Positions 1-9,494 of a DNA stretch of 64,000 bases are shown here, piece after piece; position 1 is the first letter of the stretch, and the number at the start of each line of letters is the position of its first letter. Below the pieces are notes generated by a model. That model had not been told where the DNA came from. It worked only from the letters and a program-made list of their open reading frames with translations, and ran no database searches. Source of the stretch: an uncultured Clostridia bacterium (GTDB lineage: Bacteria > Bacillota > Clostridia > Peptostreptococcales > Anaerovoracaceae). The position numbers were made by a program, and so were the translations under genes. Where the stretch lies: positions 15,430 to 79,429 of the forward strand of contig CANEEC010000002.1 in NCBI GenBank assembly GCA_947426455.1, read 5' to 3'.

Positions 1-594
1 CAGCATGGCAAAGTCGCAGCGCCAGTCCAGATCCACCAGGGAACCCGGCTCAATTTTGATGTGCCAGACATCGTTTAAATCCAGGTGCAGCAAGTGCGAA
101 AGCGCCGCGTGAATCACCATGGAATGAGCTACCACCACGATGGTCTGTTCCGTCGTCCCTTCCTTTTCATGCCGCCGGTAAATCTCTTCCAAAAAATCGC
201 CGACCCTTTGGTTCAGCTGGTGGTAAGACTCTCCCTCGGGAACCTGATAACCGTTAAAATCCTGCAAATAGGCGTGATATTCTTCCGGATACGTCTCCTC
301 TAATTGAGCGATGGTCATGTTTTCAAACCGGCCGAAATTCATTTCCAAAATTCGATCGTCCATGCGAATATCCTCTTTGGCAACCGCGTGATCGCCGGCG
401 ATCCGTTCAGCCAACAGGCGTGTTCTGGTCAGCGGACTGGCGTAGATTTCATCGATATGGATTTTGTGAAGCGCCTCTACGATGACGGGAATCGTCGCCT
501 CGCCCACGGTCGAATACAGCGCGTCCGTACGGCCGTACACCAGTCGTTTTTCATTGGCCTCCGTCTTGGGATGCCGGATAAAAATCAGTCTCAT
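1..594 (-). CDS. histidine phosphatase family protein (phosphoglycerate-mutase-like); C-terminal end runs off the window
   Basis: I translated the minus strand from the ATG at 594..592: MRLIFIRHPKTEANEKRLVYGRTDALYST...TIVVVAHSMVIHAALSHL. It has the N-terminal RHxxT..N catalytic motif and a later VAHS histidine. The frame stays open to base 1. It is absent from the ORF track because it is edge-truncated. The + ORFs 85..303 and 304..792 are antisense shadows of it. Confidence 0.75.
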   Translation of the reverse strand, partial: MRLIFIRHPKTEANEKRLVYGRTDALYSTVGEATIPVIVEALHKIHIDEIYASPLTRTRLLAERIAGDHAVAKEDIRMDDRILEMNFGRFENMTIAQLEETYPEEYHAYLQDFNGYQVPEGESYHQLNQRVGDFLEEIYRRHEKEGTTEQTIVVVAHSMVIHAALSHLLHLDLNDVWHIKIEPGSLVDLDWRCDFAML

Positions 595-788
595 CGTCTT
601 GTCTTCCTTTTCTCTACAATAATACAATTTCATTATATCGTTTTCCCTCCGGGACTGCAAACCCCATTCTTCATCAAATCTACACACAGTTACCTGTTAC
701 TTTTCACAAGGAGGGGGTATTATTTAATACAAGAAATATTTTATCGCAAAATAATTTTAGTTAACATCAATTGGAAGAGGACATCTAT

Positions 789-1256
789 ATGAGTCAAAAC
801 ATCCAAACCGAATTCAAATTTACCGTGGGGACGCTGCTGCACAGCACCAGCGCGCAGATGGAATCCTACATGCGGCAGTTTTACGAGGCTTTCGGCCTGA
901 CCACACCCCAGGCCATGGTTCTCCTGCACCTGCACCGCTGCGGTCGGGGAAAAATCTCAGAGGTTGCCTGCAAGCTGCACATGACCAACAGCAACCTGTC
1001 TTCCATCTGCCGGCGACTGGAGCGTGACGGCCTCATCAGCCGAACCCGCGACACGCAGGATCAGCGCATCGTGTGGATCACCCTGACAGAAACCTGCCGG
1101 GATCACCTGTGCCGGCTGGAAAAAAAGATCGACGAGCAGTATCTGAACAACCTGGCATCCGTATCTCCGGAGGATCGCGAAATCATACTGGCCGGTCTGA
1201 CGAAGCTGAACAGTCTCCTGGCCGCCTGCAACGACTGCGATTGCCACAGCAAATAA
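789..1256 (+). CDS. MarR family transcriptional regulator
   Basis: ORF 771..1256. It has winged-helix-like LTTPQAMVLLHLHR...ISEVACKLHMTNSNLSSICRRLERDGLISR..DQR. An ATG at 789 is preceded by GGAAGAGGA. The C-terminus is Cys/His-rich (CNDCDCH). Confidence 0.8.
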   Translation: MSQNIQTEFKFTVGTLLHSTSAQMESYMRQFYEAFGLTTPQAMVLLHLHRCGRGKISEVACKLHMTNSNLSSICRRLERDGLISRTRDTQDQRIVWITLTETCRDHLCRLEKKIDEQYLNNLASVSPEDREIILAGLTKLNSLLAACNDCDCHSK

Positions 1257-1277
1257 CATAGGAGGAACTTCTTAACA

Positions 1278-3317
1278 ATGACAAACAATATGAACCAAAA
1301 CCAGAACAATCAAAACAGCGGCCTGAGAGATCCGGGCGGCTACGACTATCGCGGCGGTTCCAATGGAATGGGAAACCCGCCCAACGGCATGGGCGGTGCG
1401 GGCGGCAATCCGGGCGGCCCCCGGCGTCCGCAGAAACCCAGAAAGTCGATTTTTTATTACTATACCATCGTCATGCTGCTGGTGCTCTGTTTCAACCTGT
1501 TCATCGCTCCCATGATCAACGAAGCCCACAGCACCATTGAAGCTACCACCTACGACGCTTTCCTGGATATGGTGGACAAAGGCCAGGTACAGGTCGTGGA
1601 AATCACCACTGACACCATCTACTTCTCCCCCACCGATTCAGCGGTGGAGAATTTGGAAAATCCCAACATTAAGGTCTACACCACCGGAAACATGAACGAT
1701 CCGGCGTTGGTATCCACCCTGCGCGATGCCGGCGTCACCTTCGGCCGCGTGAAAGATCCGGAGCCGTCGGCTCTGGCCAAATTCGTCAGCAATTACGTTC
1801 TGCCCATTCTCCTGTTCGTATTCTTAGGCCAGATGCTCAGTAGGATGATGGCCAAGCGCATGGGAAACATGGGCGGACCCGGCGCCATGATGGGCGGCAT
1901 GGGTAAGAGCAACGCCAAGGTCTACGAAGCCAGTACCGGCGGCAAGACCTTCGCCGATGTGGCCGGTCAGGACGAGGCCAAAGAGGCTCTGACGGAAATC
2001 GTGGACTTCCTCCACAACCCCGGCCGCTATAAGGAAGTGGGCGCGAAGATGCCCAAGGGCGCCCTTTTGGTAGGTCCTCCGGGAACGGGTAAGACCCTTC
2101 TGGCCAAGGCGCTGGCCGGAGAGGCAAAGGTTCCCTTCTTCTCCACCTCCGGTTCCGAATTCGTGGAAATGTTCGTGGGCATGGGCGCCGCCCGGGTTCG
2201 CGACCTGTTCGCTCAGGCGGAGAAAAAAGCGCCCTGCATCATCTTTATTGACGAAATCGACGCCATCGGTAAGAAGCGCGACCAGCAGGGCATCGGCGGA
2301 AACGACGAGCGGGAACAGACCCTGAATCAACTGCTCACAGAGATGGACGGCTTTGACGCCGGAAAGGGCATCGTCATCCTGGCCGCCAGCAACCGTCCCG
2401 AAACCCTGGATAAAGCGCTGCTGCGCCCCGGCCGCTTCGACCGCAGAATTCCGGTGGAGCTGCCCGACCTGAAAGGACGCGAAGCCATTTTAAAGGTTCA
2501 CGCTGAAAATATAAAATACGACCCCCAGGTGGATTTCAGCGCCATCGCCCGCGCCACTGCCGGAGCCTCCGGCGCCGACCTGGCCAACATCGTCAACGAA
2601 GCCGCTTTACGCGCCGTTAGAGATCACCGTTCTCAGGTAGCGCAGGCTGACCTGGAGGAATCCGTGGAGACGGTCATCGCCGGATATCAGCGCAAGAACG
2701 CCGTGATTTCCACCAGAGAGAGAAACATCATCGCCTATCACGAAATCGGCCACGCGCTGGTAGCTGCAAAGAACAAAAACAGCGCGCCGGTTCACAAGAT
2801 CACCATCATCCCCAGAACCTCCGGCGCTTTGGGTTATACTATGCAGGTGGAGGAGGGAGAAAAGGTTCTCCTTTCCAGAGAAGAAGCCTTTGAAAAGATC
2901 ATGACCTTCACCGGCGGCCGCGCCGCAGAGGAGCTGGTGTTCCACTCCGTCACCTCCGGTGCCTCCAACGACATCGAGCAGGCCACCAAGCTGGCACGCG
3001 CCATGGTTGCCCGCTACGGCATGAGCGATCAGTTCGACATGGTCGCGCTGGAAACCGTGTCCGGTCAGTATCTGGGCGGCGACACCTCCCTGGCCTGCTC
3101 CGCAGAAACCTCCGCTAAAATCGATCAGGAGGTGATTTCCATGGTGAAGGACGCCCATCAGAAGGCGCTGGTCATCCTGAAAGAAAACGAAGCGAAGCTC
3201 CATGAGCTGGCGGAATACCTGCTGGAAAAAGAAACGATCACCGGCGAAGAATTCATGAAGATTCTAAATCAGCCGCCAAAGTATGGTGCCGCTGCACAGA
3301 ACACCGTTTCCGAATAG
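1278..3317 (+). CDS. ftsH: ATP-dependent zinc metalloprotease FtsH
   Basis: 679 aa. Walker A is GPPGTGKT, Walker B is IIFIDEIDA, and the zinc site is HEIGHA. There is a TM segment after an N/Q/G-rich N-terminal extension. Confidence 0.97.
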   Translation: MTNNMNQNQNNQNSGLRDPGGYDYRGGSNGMGNPPNGMGGAGGNPGGPRRPQKPRKSIFYYYTIVMLLVLCFNLFIAPMINEAHSTIEATTYDAFLDMVDKGQVQVVEITTDTIYFSPTDSAVENLENPNIKVYTTGNMNDPALVSTLRDAGVTFGRVKDPEPSALAKFVSNYVLPILLFVFLGQMLSRMMAKRMGNMGGPGAMMGGMGKSNAKVYEASTGGKTFADVAGQDEAKEALTEIVDFLHNPGRYKEVGAKMPKGALLVGPPGTGKTLLAKALAGEAKVPFFSTSGSEFVEMFVGMGAARVRDLFAQAEKKAPCIIFIDEIDAIGKKRDQQGIGGNDEREQTLNQLLTEMDGFDAGKGIVILAASNRPETLDKALLRPGRFDRRIPVELPDLKGREAILKVHAENIKYDPQVDFSAIARATAGASGADLANIVNEAALRAVRDHRSQVAQADLEESVETVIAGYQRKNAVISTRERNIIAYHEIGHALVAAKNKNSAPVHKITIIPRTSGALGYTMQVEEGEKVLLSREEAFEKIMTFTGGRAAEELVFHSVTSGASNDIEQATKLARAMVARYGMSDQFDMVALETVSGQYLGGDTSLACSAETSAKIDQEVISMVKDAHQKALVILKENEAKLHELAEYLLEKETITGEEFMKILNQPPKYGAAAQNTVSE

Positions 3318-3423
3318 GCGCGTGAATTGCCGTACAAAAACCACAACTACGCCAAACTGCGAAAACTGCAACAGCGCAGAAACACGAAAATCACAGCCAC
3401 GCAAAAAGAGATATCTATAAAGG

Positions 3424-3466
3424 ACGCTCCGCCCGGGAAACCGAAATCCCCAGCGGAGCGTTTTTC
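3424..3466 (+). terminator. rho-independent terminator after ftsH
   Basis: Stem ACGCTCCGC (3424..3432) pairs with GCGGAGCGT (3453..3461) and is followed by TTTTT. Confidence 0.7.
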
Positions 3467-3591
3467 TCTGAAAAAACAGGGCGAAAAATGGAAAAAAAGA
3501 TTGACGAACAAAAATCCAGGGCGTAAATTGAAAGCATACCATACTGTGCCGCGGATACGCGTTCGCGGCGAGAAAGAAAGGATGATGATAG

Positions 3592-4758
3592 TTGGACATC
3601 AAACGCGAAGTCAAAGAGCTGGAGCAGGACATGATTACGCTCCGCCGCAAGTTTCACAGACACCCTGAACTGGGTCTTCACGAGGTGTGGACCTCCGGTG
3701 TCATCGAAGGTTATTTAAAGGATTTGGGACTGGAGGTTCGCCGCTGTATGCAAACCGGCATCATCGGCGTATTGAAAGGCGACCATCCGGGAAAGACCAT
3801 CCTGCTGCGCTGCGACATTGACGCTCTGCCTGTGGAAGAAGAAACCGGTCTTCCCTTTGCCTCGGAGTATCCCGGAACAATGCACGCCTGCGGTCACGAC
3901 GGCCACATGGCTCTGCATCTGACCACTGCCCGATTGCTGGCCAGGCATCGTGATGAGCTTCACGGAACGGTGGTCTTTTTATTTCAGCCTAACGAAGAAG
4001 ATGCGGGAGCCGAATTGATGATTCAGGCCGGCGCACTGGAAAATCCCAAACCGGACGCTGTCTGCGGATTTCACCTGTGGTCGCCCCTTCCCACCGGAAC
4101 CATCGGACTGATCCCCGGGCCTATCATGGCCTCCAGCTACTATTTCAAGCTGACCATTCACGGCCATCCCGGTCACGGAGGCGCGCCCCATACCGCCGTC
4201 AATCCCATCGACGCGGCGGGTCACGTATTGACCGCCATCAAAACGCTTCATACGCTGGAACTGGATTCCACCAAACCCACGGTCATCTCCGTCTGTAAAA
4301 TCCACAGCGGCATCAAGGAAATCACCGTGCCGGAAACTCTGGAAATGGAAGGCTCCATTCGATGCCTTCACGATGGAGATCAGGCTGTCCGAGACCGTTT
4401 CCGCCAGCTTTGCACAGCGGTTTGCGCCGCCTATCGCTGCACCTGCGATATCGAGTTCAAATGCGGAAACTCTCTGCTGAGCAACGATAAGGCCATGACC
4501 AGATTGGCCAGAAGCGCTGCCGAAAACGTGGTAGGTCAGGAAAACATCCTCACCGACAATATCAGCGTCATGTTAGGCGATGACTTCGCGGAATTTTCCA
4601 ACCGCATCCCCGGCGTTTATTACTTCATCGGAACCCGCAGTGAAGAGGCGGGAAGCGTCTATGAACACCACCATCCCCGCTTTGTGATAGACGAAGCGTC
4701 GCTTGCCATCGGCGTACAGATGCAGGCGGAAATGGTCATGCGCTATCTCAATGAATAA
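3592..4758 (+). CDS. M20 family amidohydrolase (N-acyl-L-amino acid amidohydrolase / hippurate hydrolase type)
   Basis: 388 aa. The N-terminus LRRKFHRHPELGLHE and the MHACGHDGH metal-binding motif are typical of the family. The apparent start codon is TTG. Confidence 0.85.
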   Translation: MDIKREVKELEQDMITLRRKFHRHPELGLHEVWTSGVIEGYLKDLGLEVRRCMQTGIIGVLKGDHPGKTILLRCDIDALPVEEETGLPFASEYPGTMHACGHDGHMALHLTTARLLARHRDELHGTVVFLFQPNEEDAGAELMIQAGALENPKPDAVCGFHLWSPLPTGTIGLIPGPIMASSYYFKLTIHGHPGHGGAPHTAVNPIDAAGHVLTAIKTLHTLELDSTKPTVISVCKIHSGIKEITVPETLEMEGSIRCLHDGDQAVRDRFRQLCTAVCAAYRCTCDIEFKCGNSLLSNDKAMTRLARSAAENVVGQENILTDNISVMLGDDFAEFSNRIPGVYYFIGTRSEEAGSVYEHHHPRFVIDEASLAIGVQMQAEMVMRYLNE

Positions 4759-4783
4759 GCGCCGCGTCCTTCGCATAGAAAAA

Positions 4784-4820
4784 CCCCTATCCATCCTCAT
4801 CGATGGATAGGGGTTCTTTT
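4784..4820 (+). terminator. rho-independent terminator after the amidohydrolase gene
   Basis: Stem CCCCTATCCATC pairs with GATGGATAGGGG and is followed by TTCTTTT. Its 3' side overlaps the left copy of the tRNA-end repeat. Confidence 0.75.
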
Positions 4821-4836
4821 GTGGAACTCCCGGCCG
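4809..4836. repeat. left direct repeat: duplicated tRNA-Thr 3' end plus flank (att-like)
   Basis: AGGGGTTCTTTTGTGGAACTCCCGGCCG matches 6288..6315 at 27 of 28 positions. It contains a pseudo 3' end of tRNA-Thr. Confidence 0.8.
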
Positions 4837-4906
4837 AAATTTAATTTCTTACCTGGTACTTACGACGTAAATGCCGTAATTTTATTGTGTTTCTTTTGCA
4901 GCACTA

Positions 4907-4935
4907 TTGATAATTTGAGAAATTCAAGGTATACT
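4907..4935 (+). promoter_or_regulatory. sigma-A-like promoter for the DUF4143 ATPase gene
   Basis: TTGATA, a 17-nt spacer, then TATACT, about 48 nt upstream of the ATG at 4983. Confidence 0.5.
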
Positions 4936-4982
4936 ATACAAGAAAGTAGAGACGCAATCGTCGCAAGTACGAGGTAACTAAG

Positions 4983-6257
4983 ATGATAAAACGAGACTTT
5001 TATTTGAATCGCATGATTCATAACATGTGGAACGGTGAAGTCAAAGTAATCACCGGCATCCGCCGCTGTGGAAAATCCGTATTGCTTTTTGATTTGTTCT
5101 ACGAATACCTTCTCTCACAGGGAGTACAGGAAGACCACATTATAAAAATAGAATTGGATCAGAGACGTTACTATAAGTTTAGAAATCCAATCACACTTTG
5201 CGAATATATCGAGGCCTTTATCACGGAAAAAAAAGAAGATAAATTCTATCTTTTCATTGACGAGGTTCAACTTACCACAAAAATAATCGATAAAGAAAAC
5301 GGTGGAATTGAGGTTTCCATCTATGATATGCTGAATGAACTCAAGGCATATAAGAATTTGGATGTATATGTAACCGGCAGTAACTCAAAAGGCTTGTCAA
5401 AGGACATTGCCACAGAGTTCCGCGGCCGTGCCACCCAAATCCATGTATTTCCCCTGTCCTTTGAGGAGTTCTATTCTCATGTGGGTGGTGACGAGAAAAA
5501 AGCTCTGGATATCTATATGCTTTATGGCGGTATGCCGCGTCTGCTGTCGTTGGCAGATGAAAAAGACAAAAAAGATTATTTATCTTCTCTGTACAGTGAC
5601 TTGTATGTAAAGGATATTGTAGAGCGTAATGGAATTGAACGGGAGGATATTCTGAATGATATCCTAGATTTCCTCGCTTCACAGATCAGTTCTCTGACCA
5701 ATCCCACGAATATTGCCAATGCGCTGACCAGCATAAAAAACGAAAAAGTTAACTCCACACTGGTTTCAAACTATATGCAGTACATTATCGATTCCTTCCT
5801 TGTTTCTATGGCAAAACGTTATGATGTAAAAGGCAAGACCTATTTCAAGTATCCCAACAAATACTACTACGCGGATATTGGCCTTCGTAATGCCCGATTG
5901 AATTATCGTCAATACGATCCCGGCCACATGATGGAAAACATCATCTACAATGAATTTCTGCGTCGAGGTTATTCCGTTGATGTTGGTGTCGTGACTGACC
6001 GTACCGGCGGTGCAAATGTGCAAAAGGAAATCGACTTCGTTGTCAATGATGCCGATAAAAAAATCTATATCCAGTCATCCTTTCGGATGGATACTGATAA
6101 AAAAGAATCCTCTGAACTCGCGCCTCTCATGTTGACAAAAGACTTTTTCAAAAAAATCATTGTCCGCATGGATATTCCTCATAGCTTCTATGATGACAAT
6201 GGAATTTTTCATTGCAATCTGATAGATCTACTGCTTGGTCGTGCAGAATTGTTTTAA
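4983..6257 (+). CDS. AAA-family ATPase with a C-terminal DUF4143-like (PD-(D/E)xK-like) region
   Basis: 424 aa. Walker A is GIRRCGKS and Walker B-like is LFIDEVQ. The C-terminus has ...QKEIDFVVND..KKIYIQSS, which resembles the nuclease-fold tail of DUF4143 proteins. The gene is much more AT-rich than its neighbours. Confidence 0.7.
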   Translation: MIKRDFYLNRMIHNMWNGEVKVITGIRRCGKSVLLFDLFYEYLLSQGVQEDHIIKIELDQRRYYKFRNPITLCEYIEAFITEKKEDKFYLFIDEVQLTTKIIDKENGGIEVSIYDMLNELKAYKNLDVYVTGSNSKGLSKDIATEFRGRATQIHVFPLSFEEFYSHVGGDEKKALDIYMLYGGMPRLLSLADEKDKKDYLSSLYSDLYVKDIVERNGIEREDILNDILDFLASQISSLTNPTNIANALTSIKNEKVNSTLVSNYMQYIIDSFLVSMAKRYDVKGKTYFKYPNKYYYADIGLRNARLNYRQYDPGHMMENIIYNEFLRRGYSVDVGVVTDRTGGANVQKEIDFVVNDADKKIYIQSSFRMDTDKKESSELAPLMLTKDFFKKIIVRMDIPHSFYDDNGIFHCNLIDLLLGRAELF

Positions 6258-6287
6258 GAAAAAACCCCTCTTACCCTGACAGGCAAA

Positions 6288-6315
6288 AGGGGTTCTTTTG
6301 TGGAGCTCCCGGCCG
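6288..6315. repeat. right direct repeat: authentic tRNA-Thr 3' end plus 13-nt flank
   Basis: AGGGGTTCTTTTGTGGAGCTCCCGGCCG. See 4809..4836 for the other copy. Confidence 0.8.
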
Positions 6316-6376
6316 GACTCGAACCGGCGACCCACGCATTACGAATGCGTTGCTCTACCAGCTGAGCCACGGAAGC
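6301..6376 (-). tRNA. tRNA-Thr (anticodon CGU), CCA encoded
   Basis: The reverse complement is GCTTCCGTGGCTCAGCTGGTAGAGCAACGCATTCGTAATGCGTGGGTCGCCGGTTCGAGTCCGGCCGGGAGCTCCA. It folds as a cloverleaf with a 7-bp acceptor stem, D arm GCTC/GAGC, anticodon stem ACGCA/TGCGT with loop TTCGTAA, and T arm GCCGG/CCGGC with a TTCGAGT loop. Confidence 0.95.
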
Positions 6377-6401
6377 ATGCTTAGTTATAATATCACAATT
6401 T

Positions 6402-6435
6402 AAAAGGAGCGTCAAGGAATTCGGCGCTCCTTTCT
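6402..6435 (-). terminator. terminator hairpin after the thi transporter operon (possibly bidirectional)
   Basis: AAGGAGCG (6404..6411) pairs with CGCTCCTT (6425..6432). There is a T-run on the minus-strand reading. Confidence 0.6.
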
Positions 6436-6457
6436 TGATATTTTTTGACGCGCAGCC

Positions 6458-7324
6458 TTATTTTTTCTCCATGGCCTGCAAGATTCGTCGCTTGTAATCG
6501 AGAAACTCTTCGCTCAGCGTAAAACTGCGATCTCTGGGGCGTTCCCTCTCGATGGGAATTTCCGCCACGATTTTTCCGGGGCGTCCCGCCAGGATGTACA
6601 CACGATCCGACAGTAAAATAGCCTCGTCGATATCGTGGGTGATGAACAGCGTGGACAGGTGGATGCGATCCATAACCGCCAGATACCACCGGTGCAGTTC
6701 TGCCTTGGTCAGGGTGTCCAGCGCGCTGAACGGCTCGTCCAACAGGGCTACCCGATCGGAAAACAGATACGTGCGCAAAAGCGCCGCCCGCTGGCGCATG
6801 CCGCCGGACAGCTGACTGGGATAGCGATGCTCCGTTCCCGCCAGTCCAAACTCCTGAAAGTGCGCCGCCGCCTCGGCTCTGGCCGCCTCTTTTTTCACGC
6901 CGCGAATCAGGAGGGGCAGCGCCACGTTATCCAGCACCGTATTGTAGGGCAAAAGCAAATCCTTTTGCAGCATATAGCTGATGTTGCCCGCCTGTCCCGT
7001 CACGTCCTCACCGTCCAGAAATACCTGGCCGCTTTCCGGCTTCATCAGTCCCGAAATCACGTTAAACAGCGTGGTTTTTCCGCCGCCGCTGACTCCCAAC
7101 AGACTGACGATCTCTCGCTCATGCAGATGGATGGAAACATCCGCAAGCACGGTAACGCCGCCAAAGCGCTTGGTGATGTGGCAAGCTGCAAGGCGAGCAG
7201 GCGCGATGTCAGCCGCCCGGTCGCCGTCGGCCATCTGTGCAGCACAGCTTGCCTGAACAACGCAGCTTCCTCGCACAGCGCGGTTTGCCTGCGCGGCGTC
7301 CTCTTTACTCCGGCAGATAGTCAT
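6458..7324 (-). CDS. thiZ: ABC transporter ATP-binding protein (NitT/TauT family; ThiZ-like)
   Basis: Walker A is GVSGGGKTT, the signature is LSGGMRQR, and Walker B is LLDEPFSALD. It is the last gene of the TPP-riboswitch operon. The start is uncertain: ATG at 7324 overlaps thiY, or ATG at 7234. Confidence 0.8.
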   Translation of the reverse strand: MTICRSKEDAAQANRAVRGSCVVQASCAAQMADGDRAADIAPARLAACHITKRFGGVTVLADVSIHLHEREIVSLLGVSGGGKTTLFNVISGLMKPESGQVFLDGEDVTGQAGNISYMLQKDLLLPYNTVLDNVALPLLIRGVKKEAARAEAAAHFQEFGLAGTEHRYPSQLSGGMRQRAALLRTYLFSDRVALLDEPFSALDTLTKAELHRWYLAVMDRIHLSTLFITHDIDEAILLSDRVYILAGRPGKIVAEIPIERERPRDRSFTLSEEFLDYKRRILQAMEKK

Positions 7325-8309
7325 TGGTAAAACCTGTTCCCGGGGCGATGGGTTCTTCCATGAGTTCGTTATCCGTCAGCCACTGATAAAACCGGTTCCA
7401 GCGGGCGGGATCGATGTATCCCCAACGCTCCTCTTCCGCCTTGTACTGATCGCACAGCCACTGCTGACTCGCTCTGACGATTTCCTCATCCAGCTCCGGC
7501 GCCGCTTTCAGCAAGATGTCCGCCGCTTCCTGGGGATGCTCTATGGCAAACTCGTACCCTTTGGCGGTGGCCGCCAGGAACTTCTTCGCCGTCTCACCGT
7601 TTTCCTCTAAAAACGTATTGTTCCCTATGATCACCGGTGTGTAGTAGTCGAAGGCCGGGTTCAGCTGCCCGAAATCCAGCCAGTTGGTCTCCATTCCCTT
7701 TAATGAGGTAGCCACCCCATCCCATCCGTAGAACACCCAAACGGCGTCGATGCCGCTTTGAAGCGCGGTAATCACGTCATAGGCCGTGCTGGGAATCATC
7801 GCCACATCCTCAAAGACGCCGCCGTCTCCCTCCATGATGGTCTTGATCATGGCCTGTTCCACCGGCATCTGCCAGGTGGCGTAATTGTGGCCTGCCATAT
7901 TGGCCGGCCGGTCGATTCCCGTTTCCTTCAGGGAAATGATGCCGGAGGTGTTATGCTGCAAAATGGCGGCCACCGCCTGAATGGGCAGAGCATCGTCACC
8001 TATGAGGGAAGGCGCCATAGTATCCTGACAGGCGATGCCGAACTGAGCCGTTCCCGAGGCAACCATCATGGCCGCGCCATCCTCCACCGGCTGAACGATT
8101 TCCACGTTCAGACCCTGTTCTTCATAGTAGCCGTTGGCAAGCGCCGCATACAGTCCCGTGTGGTTCGTGTTGGGCGTCCAATCCAATACAAACGTAATTT
8201 TTTCCGAAGCGCCTCCGTTCTGTCCATCGTCCTGACTCCCACCACAGCCTGCAAGGCTGAGAAGCATCGCGACAGCCAATGTCAGCGCCATTGCTTTTTT
8301 CTTCATCAT
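7305..8309 (-). CDS. thiY: ABC substrate-binding lipoprotein, NMT1/THI5-like (ThiY-like pyrimidine-precursor binding protein)
   Basis: 334 aa. It has a lipoprotein signal (LSLAGCGG) and NMT1-like periplasmic-binding features. It sits in the operon behind a TPP riboswitch. Confidence 0.75.
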   Translation of the reverse strand: MMKKKAMALTLAVAMLLSLAGCGGSQDDGQNGGASEKITFVLDWTPNTNHTGLYAALANGYYEEQGLNVEIVQPVEDGAAMMVASGTAQFGIACQDTMAPSLIGDDALPIQAVAAILQHNTSGIISLKETGIDRPANMAGHNYATWQMPVEQAMIKTIMEGDGGVFEDVAMIPSTAYDVITALQSGIDAVWVFYGWDGVATSLKGMETNWLDFGQLNPAFDYYTPVIIGNNTFLEENGETAKKFLAATAKGYEFAIEHPQEAADILLKAAPELDEEIVRASQQWLCDQYKAEEERWGYIDPARWNRFYQWLTDNELMEEPIAPGTGFTNDYLPE

Positions 8310-8316
8310 CGTTCTC

Positions 8317-9102
8317 CTATTGTTCTTCCCTGTCCTTTTCTTTCAGATATTTCCAGGGCATCGTCTTCTTTTCCAAAAGAACTACCAGCTTCATCAGGAT
8401 GAGGCTGATTGCGGAAATCAGAAAAATCACGGCAAACATTTTATCAAAAGCGTAAGATTTTTTTACCCGGGTCATATATACGCCCAGTCCGTTCAGTCCT
8501 CCCAGCCATTCAGAAATCACGGCTCCCACGATGGCGTAGGAAACGGCCATCCGCAGCCCGGAAAAGAACTGATCCATGGAGGATTTCAGCTTAATGTGCC
8601 AAAAGATCTGACGCCGGGTGGCTCCCATGGCGCGCATCAGGTTCACCGCGTCCTCATCCGCATTGGCAAAACCCGTCAAAAGACTGATGGTCAGCGGAAA
8701 ATAGCAGGTGAGAATCACCAAAACCACCTTGGGCGCGATACCGTAACCCAGCCACAAAACCAGCAGGGGAGCGATGGCCACAGTGGGGACGGTCTGAGTC
8801 ACCACCAACAGCGGATAGACGGCTTTCTGCAAGAACAGATAGCGATCCATCAGCGCCGCCGTCACAAAGGCCATGAGGACGCTGCATCCCAGTCCTAAAA
8901 AACCCTCTGCCAAGGTGGTTTTTGCGTGCTGCGCCAAAAGCGGAGCGTCGCTTGCCATGGCCTTGACCACATCCACCGGCGACGGCAGCATGTATCGCGG
9001 CATCCATCCGGCAGAGGATGCCAGCTGCCACAGCAGCAGAATCATCGCCAGCAGACAGGCGGGCGCCACTTTATTGAAAACCCCCTGCCGATTGTTACTC
9101 AT
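8317..9102 (-). CDS. thiX: ABC transporter permease (NitT/TauT family; ThiX-like)
   Basis: A polytopic membrane protein. The ATG at 9102 overlaps the stop codon of the upstream DUF77 gene (cATGAGTAA), which suggests translational coupling. Confidence 0.8.
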   Translation of the reverse strand: MSNNRQGVFNKVAPACLLAMILLLWQLASSAGWMPRYMLPSPVDVVKAMASDAPLLAQHAKTTLAEGFLGLGCSVLMAFVTAALMDRYLFLQKAVYPLLVVTQTVPTVAIAPLLVLWLGYGIAPKVVLVILTCYFPLTISLLTGFANADEDAVNLMRAMGATRRQIFWHIKLKSSMDQFFSGLRMAVSYAIVGAVISEWLGGLNGLGVYMTRVKKSYAFDKMFAVIFLISAISLILMKLVVLLEKKTMPWKYLKEKDREEQ

Positions 9103-9400
9103 GGATGTGATGCTTGGTGACCTTCCGCTCAATGGTCAGCACTTCTCCCTCCGGCCGGTAATTGATTTTCACATAAGCCTGTACATGCTTGGAACCGGCT
9201 CGAGCGGCCACCTTCTGGCAGTTTGCCACCACCTCCATCAGCTGGTCGTAGCTGTCGCCCTCGATGGCGGTTTCACACGGCCCTACATAATAATTCAATC
9301 CGGTGCTCTTGATGTAATCGATCACCTCGTCCACTACCCGAATGGTTTCTTCATCCGTGGACATTCTGGGTTCTACCTGAATTGCTACACTTGCCTGCAA
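9095..9400 (-). CDS. MTH1187/YkoF-family (DUF77) thiamine/precursor-binding protein
   Basis: ...ASVAIQVEPRMSTDEETIRVVDEVIDYIKSTGLNYYVGPCETAIEG... is a typical roughly 100-aa DUF77 fold signature. I chose the TTG start at 9400 with the AAAGGAGG RBS 8 nt upstream. The longer track ORF would overlap the riboswitch terminator. Confidence 0.7.
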   Translation of the reverse strand: MQASVAIQVEPRMSTDEETIRVVDEVIDYIKSTGLNYYVGPCETAIEGDSYDQLMEVVANCQKVAARAGSKHVQAYVKINYRPEGEVLTIERKVTKHHIHE

Positions 9401-9494
9401 CTGTTGTACCTCCTTTGATACCGCGGTCAGCGCGCCACCCGCGCACACCGCCTTTGGATTTGAAAGCTCACAGCTTCGCTTAGACCTCTTCGCC

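Noticed and set aside
85-792. Two + strand ORFs (72 aa and 162 aa) at the left edge.
   Set aside because: They are antisense shadows of the edge-truncated histidine phosphatase gene on the minus strand. That gene has clear catalytic motifs and an ATG at 594.
3327-3668. A 113-aa K/R-rich + strand ORF between ftsH and the amidohydrolase gene.
   Set aside because: It overlaps the ftsH terminator, a promoter-like element and the start of the amidohydrolase gene in another frame. It is a low-complexity basic sequence with no RBS.
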